DNA of 64,000 nucleotides from Octopus vulgaris (lineage: Eukaryota). Location: NCBI GenBank assembly GCA_951406725.2, contig OX597825.1, positions 9,176,001 through 9,240,000 on the forward strand. Direction: 5' to 3'. Numbering within the stretch: the first letter of the stretch is position 1; every line of letters starts with the position of its first letter. Shown here piece after piece: positions 1 to 14,366 of this stretch. The notes under the pieces were generated by a model, which saw only the letters and a program-made list of their open reading frames with translations, was not told where the DNA came from and searched no databases. Both the position numbers and the translations under genes were made by a program.

Positions 1-115
1 TATTATCGACCTCGAAAGGATGAGAAGTAGAGTCGATCACAACAGAATTTGAACTCAGAGAGTAGAGACGAACACGGAATGCTGGCGTTCTAACGACACG
101 GCCAGCTCACCAGCT
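1..115 (-). mobile_element. SINE family A, diverged head fragment running off the window start
   Basis: Reverse complement aligns with the family A copies at 1541, 17727 and 28230 (GAGCTGGC...CTGAGTTCAAATTC...TCATCCTTTCG...GTCGATAA). Confidence 0.75.
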
Positions 116-839
116 TAGTTAGTTATTAATAATAATATAGAACATGTACACGTGTTTATTATTGGTATAATGACGTCCTTAAGAAATAACAAAAACATTT
201 ATTTGTTTGAGAATATATTTTCAATACACAATTTAATAGAGATTTTCTTTGCTTATTTGTAAGTTTTTAGTTTTCAACTAAAATTTTAATGGACCTTAAA
301 GTATGATTTTCATTGAAAAAAGAGAAATAAGCCTATTTTTGTAGATGTAGATATATGATCCTTCAGTGGGAGTTCTCATGTCTAAAATAGATAGACGCGT
401 TACACTGGATACGTAAACTATAATAAACTATTTTCTGATACAAAAACATTAGTGCATTAATATAGCAATAACTGAAGTAAATAAAATTAAAATAAAGAAC
501 AAAAATAGGAATATAATTACAGAAATAGTAGCAAAAGTATTTTTCTTTTTAATTTAGTAATTGAATTATAAGAAGAAACATTGATTTCAACAGTAATATT
601 TAGAAATGGCTTGGAAAAACCATGGGATTTGCAGCTGTTCCGATATATTCTGAGAGTGTATCTTTCTCCCTCTTTCTCTCTTTGTTATCACTTTATCCAA
701 CTCTGCTTTACATCTCCCTATTTTTCACATAATATCTCTCCTTCTCCTCTCTTCATCTCCTCATTCTCTTCGAAATATATAAGTGTGTGTATGTATGTAA
801 TATCGTCTAAGAAGCTGAAAAATGCACACACACACACAT

Positions 840-997
<158 letters not shown>

Positions 998-1540
998 CGT
1001 TTCTCTATAACTAGATACATACAGACATAAATACACAAATACATTCATAGAAACATATTGTATATAAATAAAAATTAGCTACTTTTCTCAAGACTAGAAC
1101 TTTAAAGAAATGAAATTGAAACTTTATTTGGAATCTTTAAGATAAAATATAAGTACTTTAACAATCCCATGACTTTGAAAAGTAGAGTAAGTTGGAAAGC
1201 TATAGAGCTAAACAGTATATCAGTATATAGGTTCTATATATGTATATATATGTATGTATATATATGTACGTATATATAGAGAGACAGACAGACAGATTTG
1301 GTCGGGAAGTTGGATTGCAGGAACTAAAAATGTGAATGTGTTTTAATGTCTGTCGGTTTATTTCGGATGTAGGTTTCGATATTCCTGTATTTTTGATAAT
1401 GAAAGTATCCATGAATGGTGGTTGTTCTGTCGAAATGCCACAGTAAAATATGTATTGCTTATGCATAGTCGTGGTTTGGGAACGATGATTGGGTCACGAA
1501 CGTCGGTCCACATACAGAGTAATTATCCACGTAATATTAC

Positions 1541-2100
1541 CGGCGAGCTGATTGAAACGTTAGCAAGTCAGGCGAAATGCTTAGCGCAATTTCGTCTGCC
1601 GTTACGTTCTGAGTTCAAATTCCACCGAGGTCGGCTTTGCCTTTCATCCTTTCGGAGTCGATTAAATAGGAGACATCTTTCGGTCATGAATGACCATGGG
1701 ATTGCACCTAGAAACTTACCCTCCGAGGCACAAGTCCGGGCAAGATTGTTTGTGGCAGGCCAGCAGTCGCCCATGCATACCAGCCCTCCTCTCCACACCA
1801 CTGATGTTATCCAAGGGAAAGGCAAAAAGGGCTGATACAGCTTGGCACTAACGATGTCGCAACATATTTCTACAACTGAGTTAACTGGAGCAACGGGAAA
1901 AAATGTGTCTTACTCAAGAACACAACACGCAGACCGGTCCGGGAATCGAACTCATAACCTCACGATCGTAAGCTCGAAGGTCTAACCACTGAGCCATGCG
2001 CCTTCAATTAAATAAGTACCAGTTATGCACTGAGGTCGATGTAATCGACTTAATCTCTTTGTCTTCGTCCCATCTATGTTTAGACCCCTGTAGGTCATAA
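1541..2100 (+). mobile_element. SINE family A, split by a nested family C SINE
   Basis: Head CGGCGAGCTG...GTTCTGAGTTCAAATTCC at 1541-1668 resumes at 2015 (AGTACCAGTTATGCACTG...TTTAGACCCCTGTAGG), colinear with the uninterrupted copies at 17727 and 28230. Confidence 0.9.
1669..2006 (-). mobile_element. tRNA-derived SINE family C, full length, with 8-bp TSD
   Basis: Minus strand starts GAAGGCGCATGGCTCAGTGGTTAG (A box) ...GAGTTCGATTCCC (B box). Flanked by ATTAAATA at 1661-1668 and 2007-2014. A second copy lies at 20585-20845. Confidence 0.9.
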
Positions 2101-3226
2101 GGACAAATATTAACGGGATATTTACTGAAGCTGATGCCATCCTCAAATCTAGTTTCTTCATATATTTCTGTCTTCTTAATCGATGACTTTATTGGTCAGA
2201 TAAGTAATAGTCAAAAATTGTATTCCACCAAACTACTCAAGCTCCAGCACTTATGTTTCAGTTAAAATAAATTAATTGTATCTGCATATGTTTTTATCGT
2301 AAAATATTTAAACTCAGTCACTTTTTAAATAATTTAATTCATGCATTTAAACGCAAGGTTTCTAACGAACATTACATAGGACAACTTAAACTGTGATAAA
2401 AAGAGTGGCAATTCATCGTCAGCAAATATAAGGTTTCAAATTTATGCAACCTACTCTTACGAAATATTTAGACGTATTTGCCACAAACAAACGTACCAAA
2501 TACAAAGCCTACGACTTTAACGTTGTTCTGACAACAACACCCACAAAATATGAATAGAGAAAATGTATTAATCAAAAGTAAAAGCGAATCTACTATAACA
2601 ACAGAAAACAAGATACAATCACTAAAAAATAAATCACGAACCTATTAAACTATCGTTCCTCCAAATCTGAAGCGCAAGAGACATTACATATTTAACACAG
2701 CACATGAATATGCATATTGCGTATAATCCTTGTTCGGAGCCCCACATGATATATTCACTGGTCCAATATAATCTTAGTGCAGTATAGGGGATCACATAAT
2801 TTTCATATACGAACGTTGCGGGGAATACATTTTCAATCACTTATATTGTATGGTTACTAGACGAATGCGAAACACAATCTCTCTACAAGTAGCGAATATT
2901 CAAACCCCTGTCAGGCACTCGACTCTTACAGCGGAGCTTTTTGTCTCTATATCTCACGCTACTTTTAAAATCTATGGCATTGTCGAAACGGTAAAGTTAA
3001 TGCAAATAAATCTTCTTATTAAAGTTGTATTTTCAAATATACATCTTCTCCGGTAAATCGTAATTTAATTCTTAACATATTCAAATACATATATATACAT
3101 ACATACATACATACATACATACATACACACATATTATTTATGTAAAATTGTATGGTAAATATATAGGGGTGCAGCTTTAAAGCTGAAACAATTTAAATAA
3201 TTCAAAATTTATACATACACACATAC

Positions 3227-3281
<55 letters not shown>

Positions 3282-3430
3282 CACACACACGCGTATATAT
3301 ATGTATATATATGTATATATATATATAGATAGATAGATAGATAGAAAATGAGAGAGAGATGATTACATACATATGTGGATATATATGTATATATTTATAT
3401 ATATATATGCACATACACACACACACACAT

Positions 3431-3473
<43 letters not shown>

Positions 3474-4189
3474 TATATGCATGTTTTGGAAGTATGTTTG
3501 GGTGCGTCTGTGTGCATATATGTCTTCATATAGTCTTAAATATTTTAGGAATTCGGTGGTTGAGAAAATGAACACCGATTCTGTCTTAAGTTCAATAAAA
3601 CAAATCAAACTGTACCCTTAAAAGCGGTGCACACAGAATATCCACTGGTCAATGAGTTAAATCAGTAAGGAACAATTTCATGTACTCCTAGCTGTGAGGG
3701 GTCGAGGACTAGTAATTGTGGTAAATGCATATGATTTTGTTGAGTGTTCTTTTTTTTTACTTACCCCCGATTTTAATGAATAAATGTCTCTTTTCTTTAA
3801 AGTTTCAGCAAGTTCAAGCTAGCAATTACAGGTGTCACAAGCGATACCTTGGTAATTGTTTACATCCGTAACGAACGCGTTTTTGTTTTTCATTAGGAAC
3901 AAAAAAAAAAATATCGATATAGCACAAATACTGGCGACATAATTTTTCCTATGCAAGTCGTATAAACACAAATCTGGATTATATCGATTTCTAGAAATTA
4001 TATAATCATTTTTCTTTTTTGCTTTGTTCAAACACATGATTTCCCATGAATTGAAATCTAATGTAACAAACTCAATTTTCTGTATCTGCTTCATCTCTTT
4101 CAAGTAATATTGTTTCTTGCTTTGATCAAAGAAACAGCGAATTTGTCACTTACTACGGATCATATAATCACACACCCACACGTCTCTCT

Positions 4190-4203
4190 ATATATATGAA
4201 TAA

Positions 4204-4282
<79 letters not shown>

Positions 4283-4423
4283 TATGTATATGTATATATA
4301 TATATATGTATATATATATACATATATATATATACGTATATATATATATGTATGTATATATATATATATATGTATGTATATGTATATATATATGTATATA
4401 TATATGTATATCTAAATACATAC

Positions 4424-4455
<32 letters not shown>

Positions 4456-4464
4456 TTATGCATT

Positions 4465-4499
<35 letters not shown>

Positions 4500-4682
4500 T
4501 TATATATATATATGTAAATATATTTTATACATACATATATATATACATACATATATATATACATATATATATACGTATATATATATATATATATATATAT
4601 GAGTAATACTATATAATATTATATAAGCATATATATATGTATATATATATATATATATATTTATACATACATATATATATAT
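4190..4682. repeat. Imperfect (TA)n/(TATG)n microsatellite
   Basis: Long interrupted TA array. Confidence 0.95.
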
Positions 4683-5156
4683 GCATGGGTGTGCGTCATT
4701 CTGTGTTTTTGCGTGCCTATACGACATTGCATACTTACATAAAGCGAGAGAAAGGACAAGAGAGCCGGAGACAGGTATATATATGCATGTGTGAATATAT
4801 ATTAACGCTAACATATCTTAAGTTATTTCCCTTGGCATAGTACTCATTCTAGATTATATTACTGTAAACTTTCCTTTTTCTGTTGCCAGAAGGTCTGCGA
4901 ATTCACAATAGATAATTCTATATGTATAGCTTTAGAAGGTGGTGGGTTTTTTTCTCTCTTATTTTCTTTTATTTCTGTGAAATAGTATGGTTTTAGAGGT
5001 GCTATTGATTTGCATTGTAGGTGTTGCACGTTATTAAATGACATCTTTCGATTTCTTTTTCTTCTTTTCATAATGACATTTGATATAATGTCAAATAAAT
5101 GATGAAATTAATGAGAAAAATATTTCTTTTAATTCCTTCGTTTTTATTTCCTTATA

Positions 5157-5178
5157 ATCATTACTATTATCATTATTA

Positions 5179-5266
<88 letters not shown>

Positions 5267-5397
5267 CATTATTATTATAATTATTATTATTGTTATTGTT
5301 GTTATTATTTTTATTATTATTATTATTATTAATATTATTAATATTATTATTATTAATATTATTATCATTATTATCATTATTATTATTATCATTATTA

Positions 5398-5441
<44 letters not shown>

Positions 5442-5496
5442 GTTGTTATTATTTTTATTATTATTATTATTATTGTCATTATTATTATTATTATTA

Positions 5497-5533
<37 letters not shown>

Positions 5534-5560
5534 CATTATTATTATTATTATTATTGTAAT
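5157..5560. repeat. (ATT)n trinucleotide microsatellite
   Basis: About 400 bp ATT array with ATC/GTT variants; source of the poly-N/I/Y/L ORFs. Confidence 0.98.
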
Positions 5561-6132
5561 TACCATTGCTATTATTAATACTGTTGATACTGTTGTTCTT
5601 GTCGTTCATGTTCATATTGATCCTGAATTAGAAAAGGAACTGAATTGACAATATTGACTGTGAAATGGCAGAATAGTTCGTGAATTGGCAGAATAGACGG
5701 TGAGTAGCCAGATTCTGTTGCCCGTTGATCAAAACTTTGCGGGTTTTATCCCACATGTCTGGTACTAAGTTCAAATCCCACCGAGACCAACTCAACGTTC
5801 AATGTTGCTTTTTTTTAATTATTTTATCGTGGTGGACCAAGAAGTTTCCAGCCTGGGGCGGTGGTCTTGGAGAGGATTTAAAGTGCCATAGGAAATGAGT
5901 TGTGTCTTCAATGCCGCTTTCGTTTCTCTACAGGTTCTTCCAAATCTGCCAGCGTTTGATTATGAAAAGCAGCAATGAAGGATGGAGCCTATTTGCCGGG
6001 TGGTATTGCGATCAAGAGGTAATGAAGAAAGGGAAGAGGAGGGGGAGAAGGAGACGGAGGAGAGGAGGAAGTGGAGAACGATGACGGTGGTGGCGATGTC
6101 GGTGGTGGCGGCTACGGTGGCAGCAGCGGAAA

Positions 6133-6227
6133 GTGGAGGCGCAATCGCCCGGTGGTTAGGGCAGCGGTCGGAGGATCGCGGTTTCGATTCCCAGACCGGG
6201 TGTTGTGTGTGTTTATTGAGCGAAGAC
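6133..6227 (+). mobile_element. SINE family D, head-only fragment
   Basis: GTGGAGGCGCAATCGCCCGGTGGTTAGGGCAGCGG...GGTTTCGATTCCCAGACCGGG...GTTTATTGAGCGAA matches the head of the full copy at 23347-23734; followed by (CAAA)n. Confidence 0.85.
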
Positions 6228-7153
6228 AAACAAACAAACAAACAAACAAACAAAGCAGCAACGGTAGCTCTTGTATCAGCAGCGGCTGTTGCGATGGCAG
6301 GTGCGGTGGTGGGTGCGGCGGTGGAGACGTCAGCGGACGCGGTGGCAGCAGTGGCGAAGACCATACGATAATAATGGTGATGATGATGACGATGACGATG
6401 ATGATGATGATCGTGATACTGAGTTATTTTTTTGCATTTTTTTAACAAGAAATTGTGTTGTTACAGTATATATTGTAATCAGACTAAGATTCCTATAGAA
6501 TTACATGTATAGAGACGTCGCCCTCTAGCTTTTTGTAGCACGTTTTATTTCAGTAATTATTTATCAGAAAATATTTGGTGTTATTTTAAAATTTTCTTCA
6601 AACGTAAAAAAAAACAACATTTCTCATTAATATTATCAACAGCATCAGATGCATCCACCATAAGCTATTAATATTATCATTAACAACATTAGCATCAGCT
6701 TTACCATTAATACTATTATTCATACCAATATAATTGTTGTCGATTTTGATGTTCTTAGCATTATCACTATTGTTATCAATAGTTTCATGCGCATACGTTA
6801 GGACTGTTGCTATGTGACGCTGTTTGCCGTTAACGTATTCGATTCATTATTACTAAATTCCATGTGTCAGGATATTTCTTATTCACTAGTTCTCATAGTG
6901 ATTCCATCTCTCCTGATGCTATCTGCTCACTTGCTTTAATTCAAATTATCTGTGCTGTTCTTTCTAATAAAATTAGTGGAAATATATACACTTTGTGTTT
7001 TCAGACTAAAAAAAAAACAATTTAAAAAAACCCTTTAACGAACAGGCCAAACAGGCAAAACAAAACAAAAAAACATCAAATTGAATTTTCTACTTTTGTA
7101 TTTAAAATGTAAAGTATGCTACTAAAACACAGAACTTAGCATCAAGTTTAAAA

Positions 7154-7191
<38 letters not shown>

Positions 7192-8057
7192 CTTTTACTT
7201 ACTTTAAAAAATTTTTTTTTGTTTTCCTTGCAGAAAATCAAATAAATGGTTAAACGAAACTCTAAATTTTCTTTTGTGACATATTGAACCTAAGATATAC
7301 ACCGAGAAAATTATGCCAGAGAATCAATTACGGCAGAACGTAGCTAGCATTTAACAAGCTTACTCCTGGTGAAAAATATATAAAACCACTGAAAGATCTC
7401 ACGATGGGAACACAATAATGAATTTCTTGCGGCTTTTTCTTATGCTTCTGTCAATAAATTCTTCAACACATATGCGTTTTAATTCTAGAAAACAAATGAT
7501 TTCTTTGTATTCATTTCAAGAGACTTAATTCCATACGTAAATCCGTTTCCCCCTCGGTTTTGCGTGAAGAAATATTCCTCTTAATTAAACTAGTTATAGG
7601 TTTTATTTGCAATATTCAACTGTGAAGACCAGAGGGAAGTTCTTTTCGAATATTTCTATAGAACATTAAATTATCTTGTAATTTAGAAAATTATTCATTT
7701 TAAAATCCATACAATAAATCTGTACTTACTGATAAAATATATTTCGAAATATACCATTTAGTTTCTAAGAGCCCATTAAAGCCATAGATGTGTTTACATT
7801 GCATTCTCATACTTCTGTAATTCATATTATTATTATGAGAAATCAGAAATCAGAACATTAATTAATTAAACTAATTTCACATTCTTCAAAGGACTTCATG
7901 TACTTGATAAACGGAGTGTTTTATTTGATATTAATGCGTTTACATTAATCGTTACATTTTATAAGAACAAACTTCAAGCTTTCCATGCCAGCTCACAAGA
8001 GGTATCTTATAGTTTTGTTTTGTTTGCTTGTTTGTTTGTTTGTGTATGTGTGTGTGT

Positions 8058-8090
<33 letters not shown>

Positions 8091-8249
8091 TGATGCATTG
8101 TACTAGTTTGATCTCGCAATGGTGATGGTTACAAGCAAGGGCTTCACAAGCCCTCCAAGAACGGTGACGTCGATGCGAGTACTGGTCCACTTGAACACTT
8201 GCAAGTCGACAACTGGAAGCAATGGGAAGCACTGATACAGAAATAATAA

Positions 8250-9288
8250 GAATTTCTGTGGACCGGCATTGTTAGTAAAAAGGCATGAGATGGAGATGCA
8301 CACACTATACGGTACAACAGGAAGAAAACTTGGGGATATAGAAATACTTGAGTCCTATTGTTATGCCATATGCCGTCTCTTAATCCCGGAAAGTCACACT
8401 CGTAGAGGCAGAAAAGACAGAGAGGTGTCATTACGCCTGAAAACAGTGTGACGTGATGAGTAAGCTCCAACCTGATATGGGAGCAGTACTCCATTGCAGG
8501 CTGTACCTGTATCTTTCACGGTAAATATTTATTGGAGGCCGAAATAGTTTGGGGGTTTGAAGAGAATGTCATTCTACGCAGCAGCTTTGACTGTGCCGAA
8601 GATGTGTATTTGCTATTAGATATCTGTGCTGGTGACATCTTTTATGTAGAAGTTTGTTTGTAAGTTGTTTGAATGATTGGCAAAAACGTAAAGTTGATGC
8701 TTGTAATGATTGTATCTTTGTGCTTCCATAAACTCATTTGAGAATATTCCATGAACCCTGTTTCTGATGTCAGTGAAGATTTAACGTGACAGTTTAGTTT
8801 GCGTGTGGGTGAGTCGTTCGCAGCAATTTATGACAAAATAAAAATGGCATTAACATCAGCCAAAAAGAGGATGTTGCTAAAAGCGATAGGCATTTGAACA
8901 GATTGCTAATACATAGGAGGGAGAGCCGGATTGCTCATACATAGAAAGAAGTGTTGGAGTGGAGTCAATGAATCCTAAGATGTAGTGCAGGGGATAACAT
9001 GTGTGGAGGAAAATGATCCATCAATGCATGCTGTGATTGGGCGATATGTCAAGAAAATACAGATAAATAAAGAGACGTTCGTTGGATAGAACCCATACGG
9101 ACGCGATAATCTACGTTACTGAATTTAGCGCTAAGTGATAACCTACTCCAAAGAAACAGAGAGACGATGAGAATTTATCAAACAAGTAGTATACTGTTTT
9201 TGAACAGGGTTTTATGACGAAATGTTTGGTTAGAGGCACAGATAGCAAAGTGTTGTCTTAGATTTTCTGCCAATTTGGCTGCCGTACG
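8250..9288 (-). pseudogene. Decayed non-LTR retrotransposon (CR1/Jockey-type) reverse transcriptase fragment
   Basis: Minus-strand peptides in RT order: SSSLCFFGVGYHLAL, PYGFYP..FLTYRPITACIDGSFSSTHVIPCTTS*DSLTPLQHFFLCMSN (decayed GVPQGSVLSP region), and QVQPAMEYCSHI (RPxMEYCSHIW motif). Many stops and frameshifts. Confidence 0.75.
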
Positions 9289-9516
9289 TCAGAAGATTCT
9301 AGATTCAGTATCTTTCATTATTCTGAGGTCCATCTCAGTAAGTTTTGTCTTTCGGTCAGATCTGGTTTTGCCTCGGGTTTGGAATGCCAACATTGACGTA
9401 CTTTTATAGACAGAACCGCTTGAAACATTTAAGGATTCGCCAGGTTTTGTGCCTGAATTTCTAGCCATAGGTGTTTCAAAAATATGTACTCTTTTGAAAT
9501 CAGACAGGTCCTGCAT
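9289..9516 (-). mobile_element. Tc1-like transposase N-terminal fragment
   Basis: MQDLSDFKRVHIFET...LNVSSGSVYK...RGKT...RKTKLTEMDLR resembles the Tc1 paired-HTH start (DLSDFxRGQIVGAR...VSRxTVSK...GRKxKLTERD). Confidence 0.7.
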
Positions 9517-9644
9517 ATTATTTTATTTAATAGGAGATATCAGAAAAAAAACACTGAGTAAAGTCTTATGTAACGTAGATGTGCACACATATTAGGACTA
9601 AAACAATTTTGAATTTGTCATACTTCCAATAGAATAGATACTCG

Positions 9645-9695
9645 TTTACTTGCTTCAGTCATTTCACTGCGGCCATGTTGGAGCACCGCCTTTAG
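9645..9695 (-). mobile_element. SINE family B, 3' tail fragment
   Basis: TTTACTTGCTTCAGTCATTTCACTGCGGCCATGTTGGAGCACCGCCTTT matches the tail at about 39160-39210. Confidence 0.75.
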
Positions 9696-12243
9696 ATAAA
9701 ATAACGATTTTAGTAAATAACGATTTCGGTTTCTGCTGCCTCTATATGACATTCAGTGTTGCACTGTGTGTCTCCTTTTTAACTTGTACGTTTACTCAAA
9801 ACTAGAGACCGATAAAATAAATACTAGAATTATTGTAAGAAAAACAACCAACTTTTTTCGATTGTTTGGGAGTTTGGGAGCAATCCTGAATTATATATGG
9901 GTATTTGGCTATCCAGAACTATTCAGTTTCTAATCCTTAAGCATTGCGGATATTCGTGAGGTGGCTGGTCATTTCGAAACTAAGCAAGATAGTCCCTTCA
10001 TTTACCTCTCTTAAAAAGTAGTTTGCGGAGTCCGTGTCATGTGTGACGAAATTATGGAACTATTAACATAACGAGTTAAATATAACCACCAGGAAATGAT
10101 TTAATCCATAGACGTTTGATACTGATCCCTAAAAAGTTAGGCATAATTTTATATCACTTGGTTTGAAAATCACGTGGTATATGAAGGTCTTTTAAGGTAG
10201 ACTGCATTTCTTTAGATTTACGAATTTTCAATGACTCATAACAGTTGCTCTTTTGCACCTGAAGCGTATTTAGTTAATTCAAAGTTTTTGCATTAAATTG
10301 TTTGAAATTGTCCGTTACTTCACCAATTTATTTCTTCTCTGTTTATTTGCATTAACTTATAATTCTTTTCATAAAATGTTTCATCATTTAGTTGTTCTAA
10401 ACCACGTCTCTGTCATGGGTTTTGTCCATTTTCACAATAGGCTCTCTTTTGACAGCTTCTTTCATGATTATAAAGAAGTCTTCCGACAGATATTACAATC
10501 CTTTTAGCACTTCGTTTCCAATGGTTTAGTTTATAAAATTTGATGAAATGCTTGTATTTCTATCTTTTCAGACACGTTATATACCCCAGTATTCTATGCG
10601 TTTATTCTTGATTCCCGTCCATCGGAGTTTTAAATCCTGATTTGCTCTTTAACAAGTCTTGGGACTGCATAATCCTTTTATGGGGAAACCCTGAGAAATT
10701 TCCCAATATCATTTCTAAGATCTGTTGTGACAAGTTTTGGAATTTGAGTTGATTTCAGTACATATGCAAAATTTTTTGTCTCATTTCTCATGACGTTTCC
10801 GAATGATACATTTATTTCTTTTGGATAAGTTGAGTCTTTGAATATTTGCATCGTTAGAGTTTCATTTCAAATTTGTTTGGAATTTGTAACACTAAAACGC
10901 TTCATTTGCACCCTGTCTTTCTATTCGATTTGTTTTTGAAAGAGAGGTTTCCAATTATTGATAGCTAATGATATTGTTATACCATTTTCACTGATGCCTT
11001 GGCTTGCTTTTTATAGATTTGTACTGTTTACTCTGCTTTTACAGACTATTTCGGTCTGTTCTTCCATTGTTACTGATTGTAAGTGTGAATCTGTTGCAGT
11101 ATGAATTATTGAATTTCTGTCCATTTTTATTGCGTCTGCATACGAGAGGTTATGGCAGTCGACCTTTGATTACTTCTTGATCTGAGTGATTACGGATGGA
11201 GTTATGGTTCCTTATGGTTTTGTCAAGTTACACATTTCTAAATTTTTTAGTGTGTGTCTTTAGTTTTTACTAATTTTTGTTTTCACTAGTTTAACTTGCT
11301 GTTCCGTATTTGACTTCATACCCCGGTATCCACATTTGTTTATTCCAATGTTGTGTTTAAATTCATTTCTTCTCTGTGTACATCGATTTTCCATAAATCT
11401 AATCGTGTTTCTAGTTTTTCCGTTCGGTCATTCGGCGATGTTTCTTTGCGTTCTATCGTTACATTTTTAAAATTTACTCTTGAATTTAAACATCTGAAGG
11501 CAAAGTAGAGGGGCTTTTGCTAAAAAATTTCAGATGTAAGAATTATTCTGATTTTAGTTCCCTGATTTGGTTTTCTTCTATCCTTGAACCGTAATTTGCG
11601 TGGGAAAGTTGCGTTTTTAACGTTTTTCCCACTTCCCTGTATATGGCAAACTTTCGTTTAGTTTTTTTTTCACTACATGTGAAATCTTTGATTTAATAAT
11701 CTATTCCATTTCGTCTTCATTTGTTACTGATTTTCGCTGCTTTATTCTCCAAATGAACGTGGGCATTTCATAAATATATGTTGTAGTTTGTAGTGTTCTG
11801 TGGTTACTAGTATCAAAGTAGTTGTATGCAGAGCTTGTGTAGCGTTTGCAAAGAATTCTAGACTCAATATACCATAACCCTTCAAATATAACTTTATTCT
11901 TCAATATTTGTCCATTGCTTCCCCCTGTCGGATTCCAAGACGCATTTCTAGCTCTTTAGAGGCGATCGATGGGAACTACCGAAAGGGTTAAATTTCAGTT
12001 GCATCTCTTTGATATTTCCTATTGAAGATGGCAAAGAGATAGAAACACGTCTGGACAACTGTTAGGGGGCAGCACTGGACAATTATTCCACGAGAGAATT
12101 TTTCTCCACGGTAACTGCAGCAGATCTGCTTTTAGAAGTTGAAATATGTCATAAGCATATTTTAACTAACATAAAATTCGCTTAGACATACATACATACA
12201 AACAGGGTAAAAGAGTAAACGATAAACACACACACACACACAC

Positions 12244-12294
<51 letters not shown>

Positions 12295-12419
12295 TACACG
12301 CATGCATATACACGCACATATATATACATACATATATACATATACACGCACATATATATACATACATATATATATATACACGCACATATATATATACACA
12401 TACATAAAGATGCATACAT

Positions 12420-12450
<31 letters not shown>

Positions 12451-12494
12451 TTATATATATATATAAATATATAAATATATATATGTTTGTGTAT

Positions 12495-12657
12495 GTGTGT
12501 ATGTTTGAGTGTCTGTGATTGTCCCCCCAACATCACTTGACAACTGATGGTGGTGTGTTTACGTCCCCGTAACTTAGCGGTTCGGCGAAAAGAACAAATA
12601 CAATAAGTACTAGGTTTCTAAAGAATAAGTCAAATGACTGAAACAAGTAAAAGAGAT
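12495..12657 (+). mobile_element. SINE family B, 3' half with internal deletion
   Basis: TTGACAACTGATGGTGGTGTGTTTACGTCCCCGTAACTTAGCGGTTCGGC...GTCAAATGACTGAAACAAGTAAAAGAG is the reverse complement of parts of the copies at 33445 and 39150. Confidence 0.85.
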
Positions 12658-13529
12658 AATACAAGAGATAAAAAATAAAAGAGAAATATGGTAAATCCCT
12701 TAGAAATTTTAGAACATACTTAGCTTGCCACATTAGTACATGTACGAGTGCGTGTGTGTATGTCTGTGTGCATGTGTATTTATACATGTAAGCATGTATG
12801 TAATTATTTTTCGTATGATGATCATGTGATATGCTAATTGGAGATTACGCATTTATTACCGACTTACATGTCAACTTGAAATCCGTCCCCCTCCAATATA
12901 TAGGCAATGGGGGAATAATACTTCTACTACTATTGTAGATAACCACCTAACGAAATAAGAACCTATTTGTGCTCCACTGACTCAGCATTAAAGGAATATA
13001 GTGTTCTCTTTTTAATTTCTACACACTGTCGACAAGCATAAGGTTATGGCCTTTGTGTGAACGGAAAATCCTTTTTAACAGTTATTTTGTGTTAAATGGC
13101 AAATATATATCAGAGCATATTCCATTTCCATTCCATCTGTAGTCAGAGGTGTCGCTTCGTCGGTGTTATTATGCAGCTGTATATTTTATGAAATAATCAA
13201 ATATTCGCTAATATCAACTAATTACCTTATGCGAGTCAGTCAAGCTGAGAAACGTTAAATAACTCATAATGCAATAATGCCATAGCGACGAGGTTATAAT
13301 GCTCTTATTCGTGATTCTGTCAATAAAATTCAACATTGGATTGATGAAATGATGGCCTCTGGATTTAGGTCTTTGCATCACAGTACAAGAGAACGCAATG
13401 TGTCACTTGGAAGTAATACATTCTCATATTATCAATGGTTATCGACTATTTATAACAACAGAATATATGAAACTACAACTTTACATGTATACACACACAC
13501 ACACACATATGATGCAACAAGCGTTTTAC

Positions 13530-14100
13530 GATCTTACTCTAATGGGCGTTATGTCCATCCGTCTGTCCGTCTGTCTGTGTGTTCCCACTTCACGGTGAAA
13601 CAGCTGAACCAATGGTCACGATGTTTTCCGAGGTTACAAAGGAAATAATGTGAAAAAGTTAGATTATTTAGTAGATATTTTGTATTAATAGTGGATAATT
13701 TGTATGAATACATCCCTTCCATTATTTATATATTTAAATTCCGGCGACAAGGATTAACACCGGATTCCCTCCCACACACAGTGTATAGTTTGTGAATTTA
13801 GAGGTTTTAGATTTGCGATACTATCACTTTATGTCCCATCGTAGATGGGCTGATCCGTTATGTCCATTTGTCTGTCTCTCCGTCTCTTTGTCTGCTCCAT
13901 CTTCACGGCCAGACGGCTGGACGAATGGTTACGATATTTTGGGGGATTACAAAGACGGCTATCGGGAAATTTCTTAGCATTAAATATTAGAAAGTATGAT
14001 TATTTCGTGAATATCAATTTTTGGATTGATAAACCACTTGCGCTCTTTTATTAAAAATCCACCTACCACGAGTAACTCTGGATTTTAATAGTATAGTTCG
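13530..14100 (+). mobile_element. Two tandem diverged copies of a short, probably non-autonomous Helitron-like element
   Basis: CGTTATGTCCAT..(CTGT)n..CTTCACGG....ACRGCTGRAC.AATGGTYACGAT at about 13547 and 13856; both units end in GTATAGTT. They lie about 270 bp upstream of a Helitron helicase remnant. Confidence 0.45.
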
Positions 14101-14366
14101 TGGCCCCATCGTAGTTACGAAGGGGGTCGCGAGGAACGTTAATAGCAAAAATAAAATGGAAAAGTCTGTGTCAGTATATAGTACATGTGATTATTTAATG
14201 GTTATTGAAGTGTGTCTGACTCAAGCAGGATTCGAAACGGATAATCAAAGCGGCTGTTGTTTACATCGCGGATTTATGAATCAAAATAACCTATGATACC
14301 AGAATATTCCGACATTATTCGCATAGAACAGTCTTAGTTTGATTTTTTGAAACCCTAAGATCCAGC

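Noticed and set aside
5902-6498. Overlapping GC-rich ORFs (poly-A/V/G/H)
   Set aside because: Composed of GGT/GCA/GAT triplet repeats plus a SINE head; no domain signal.
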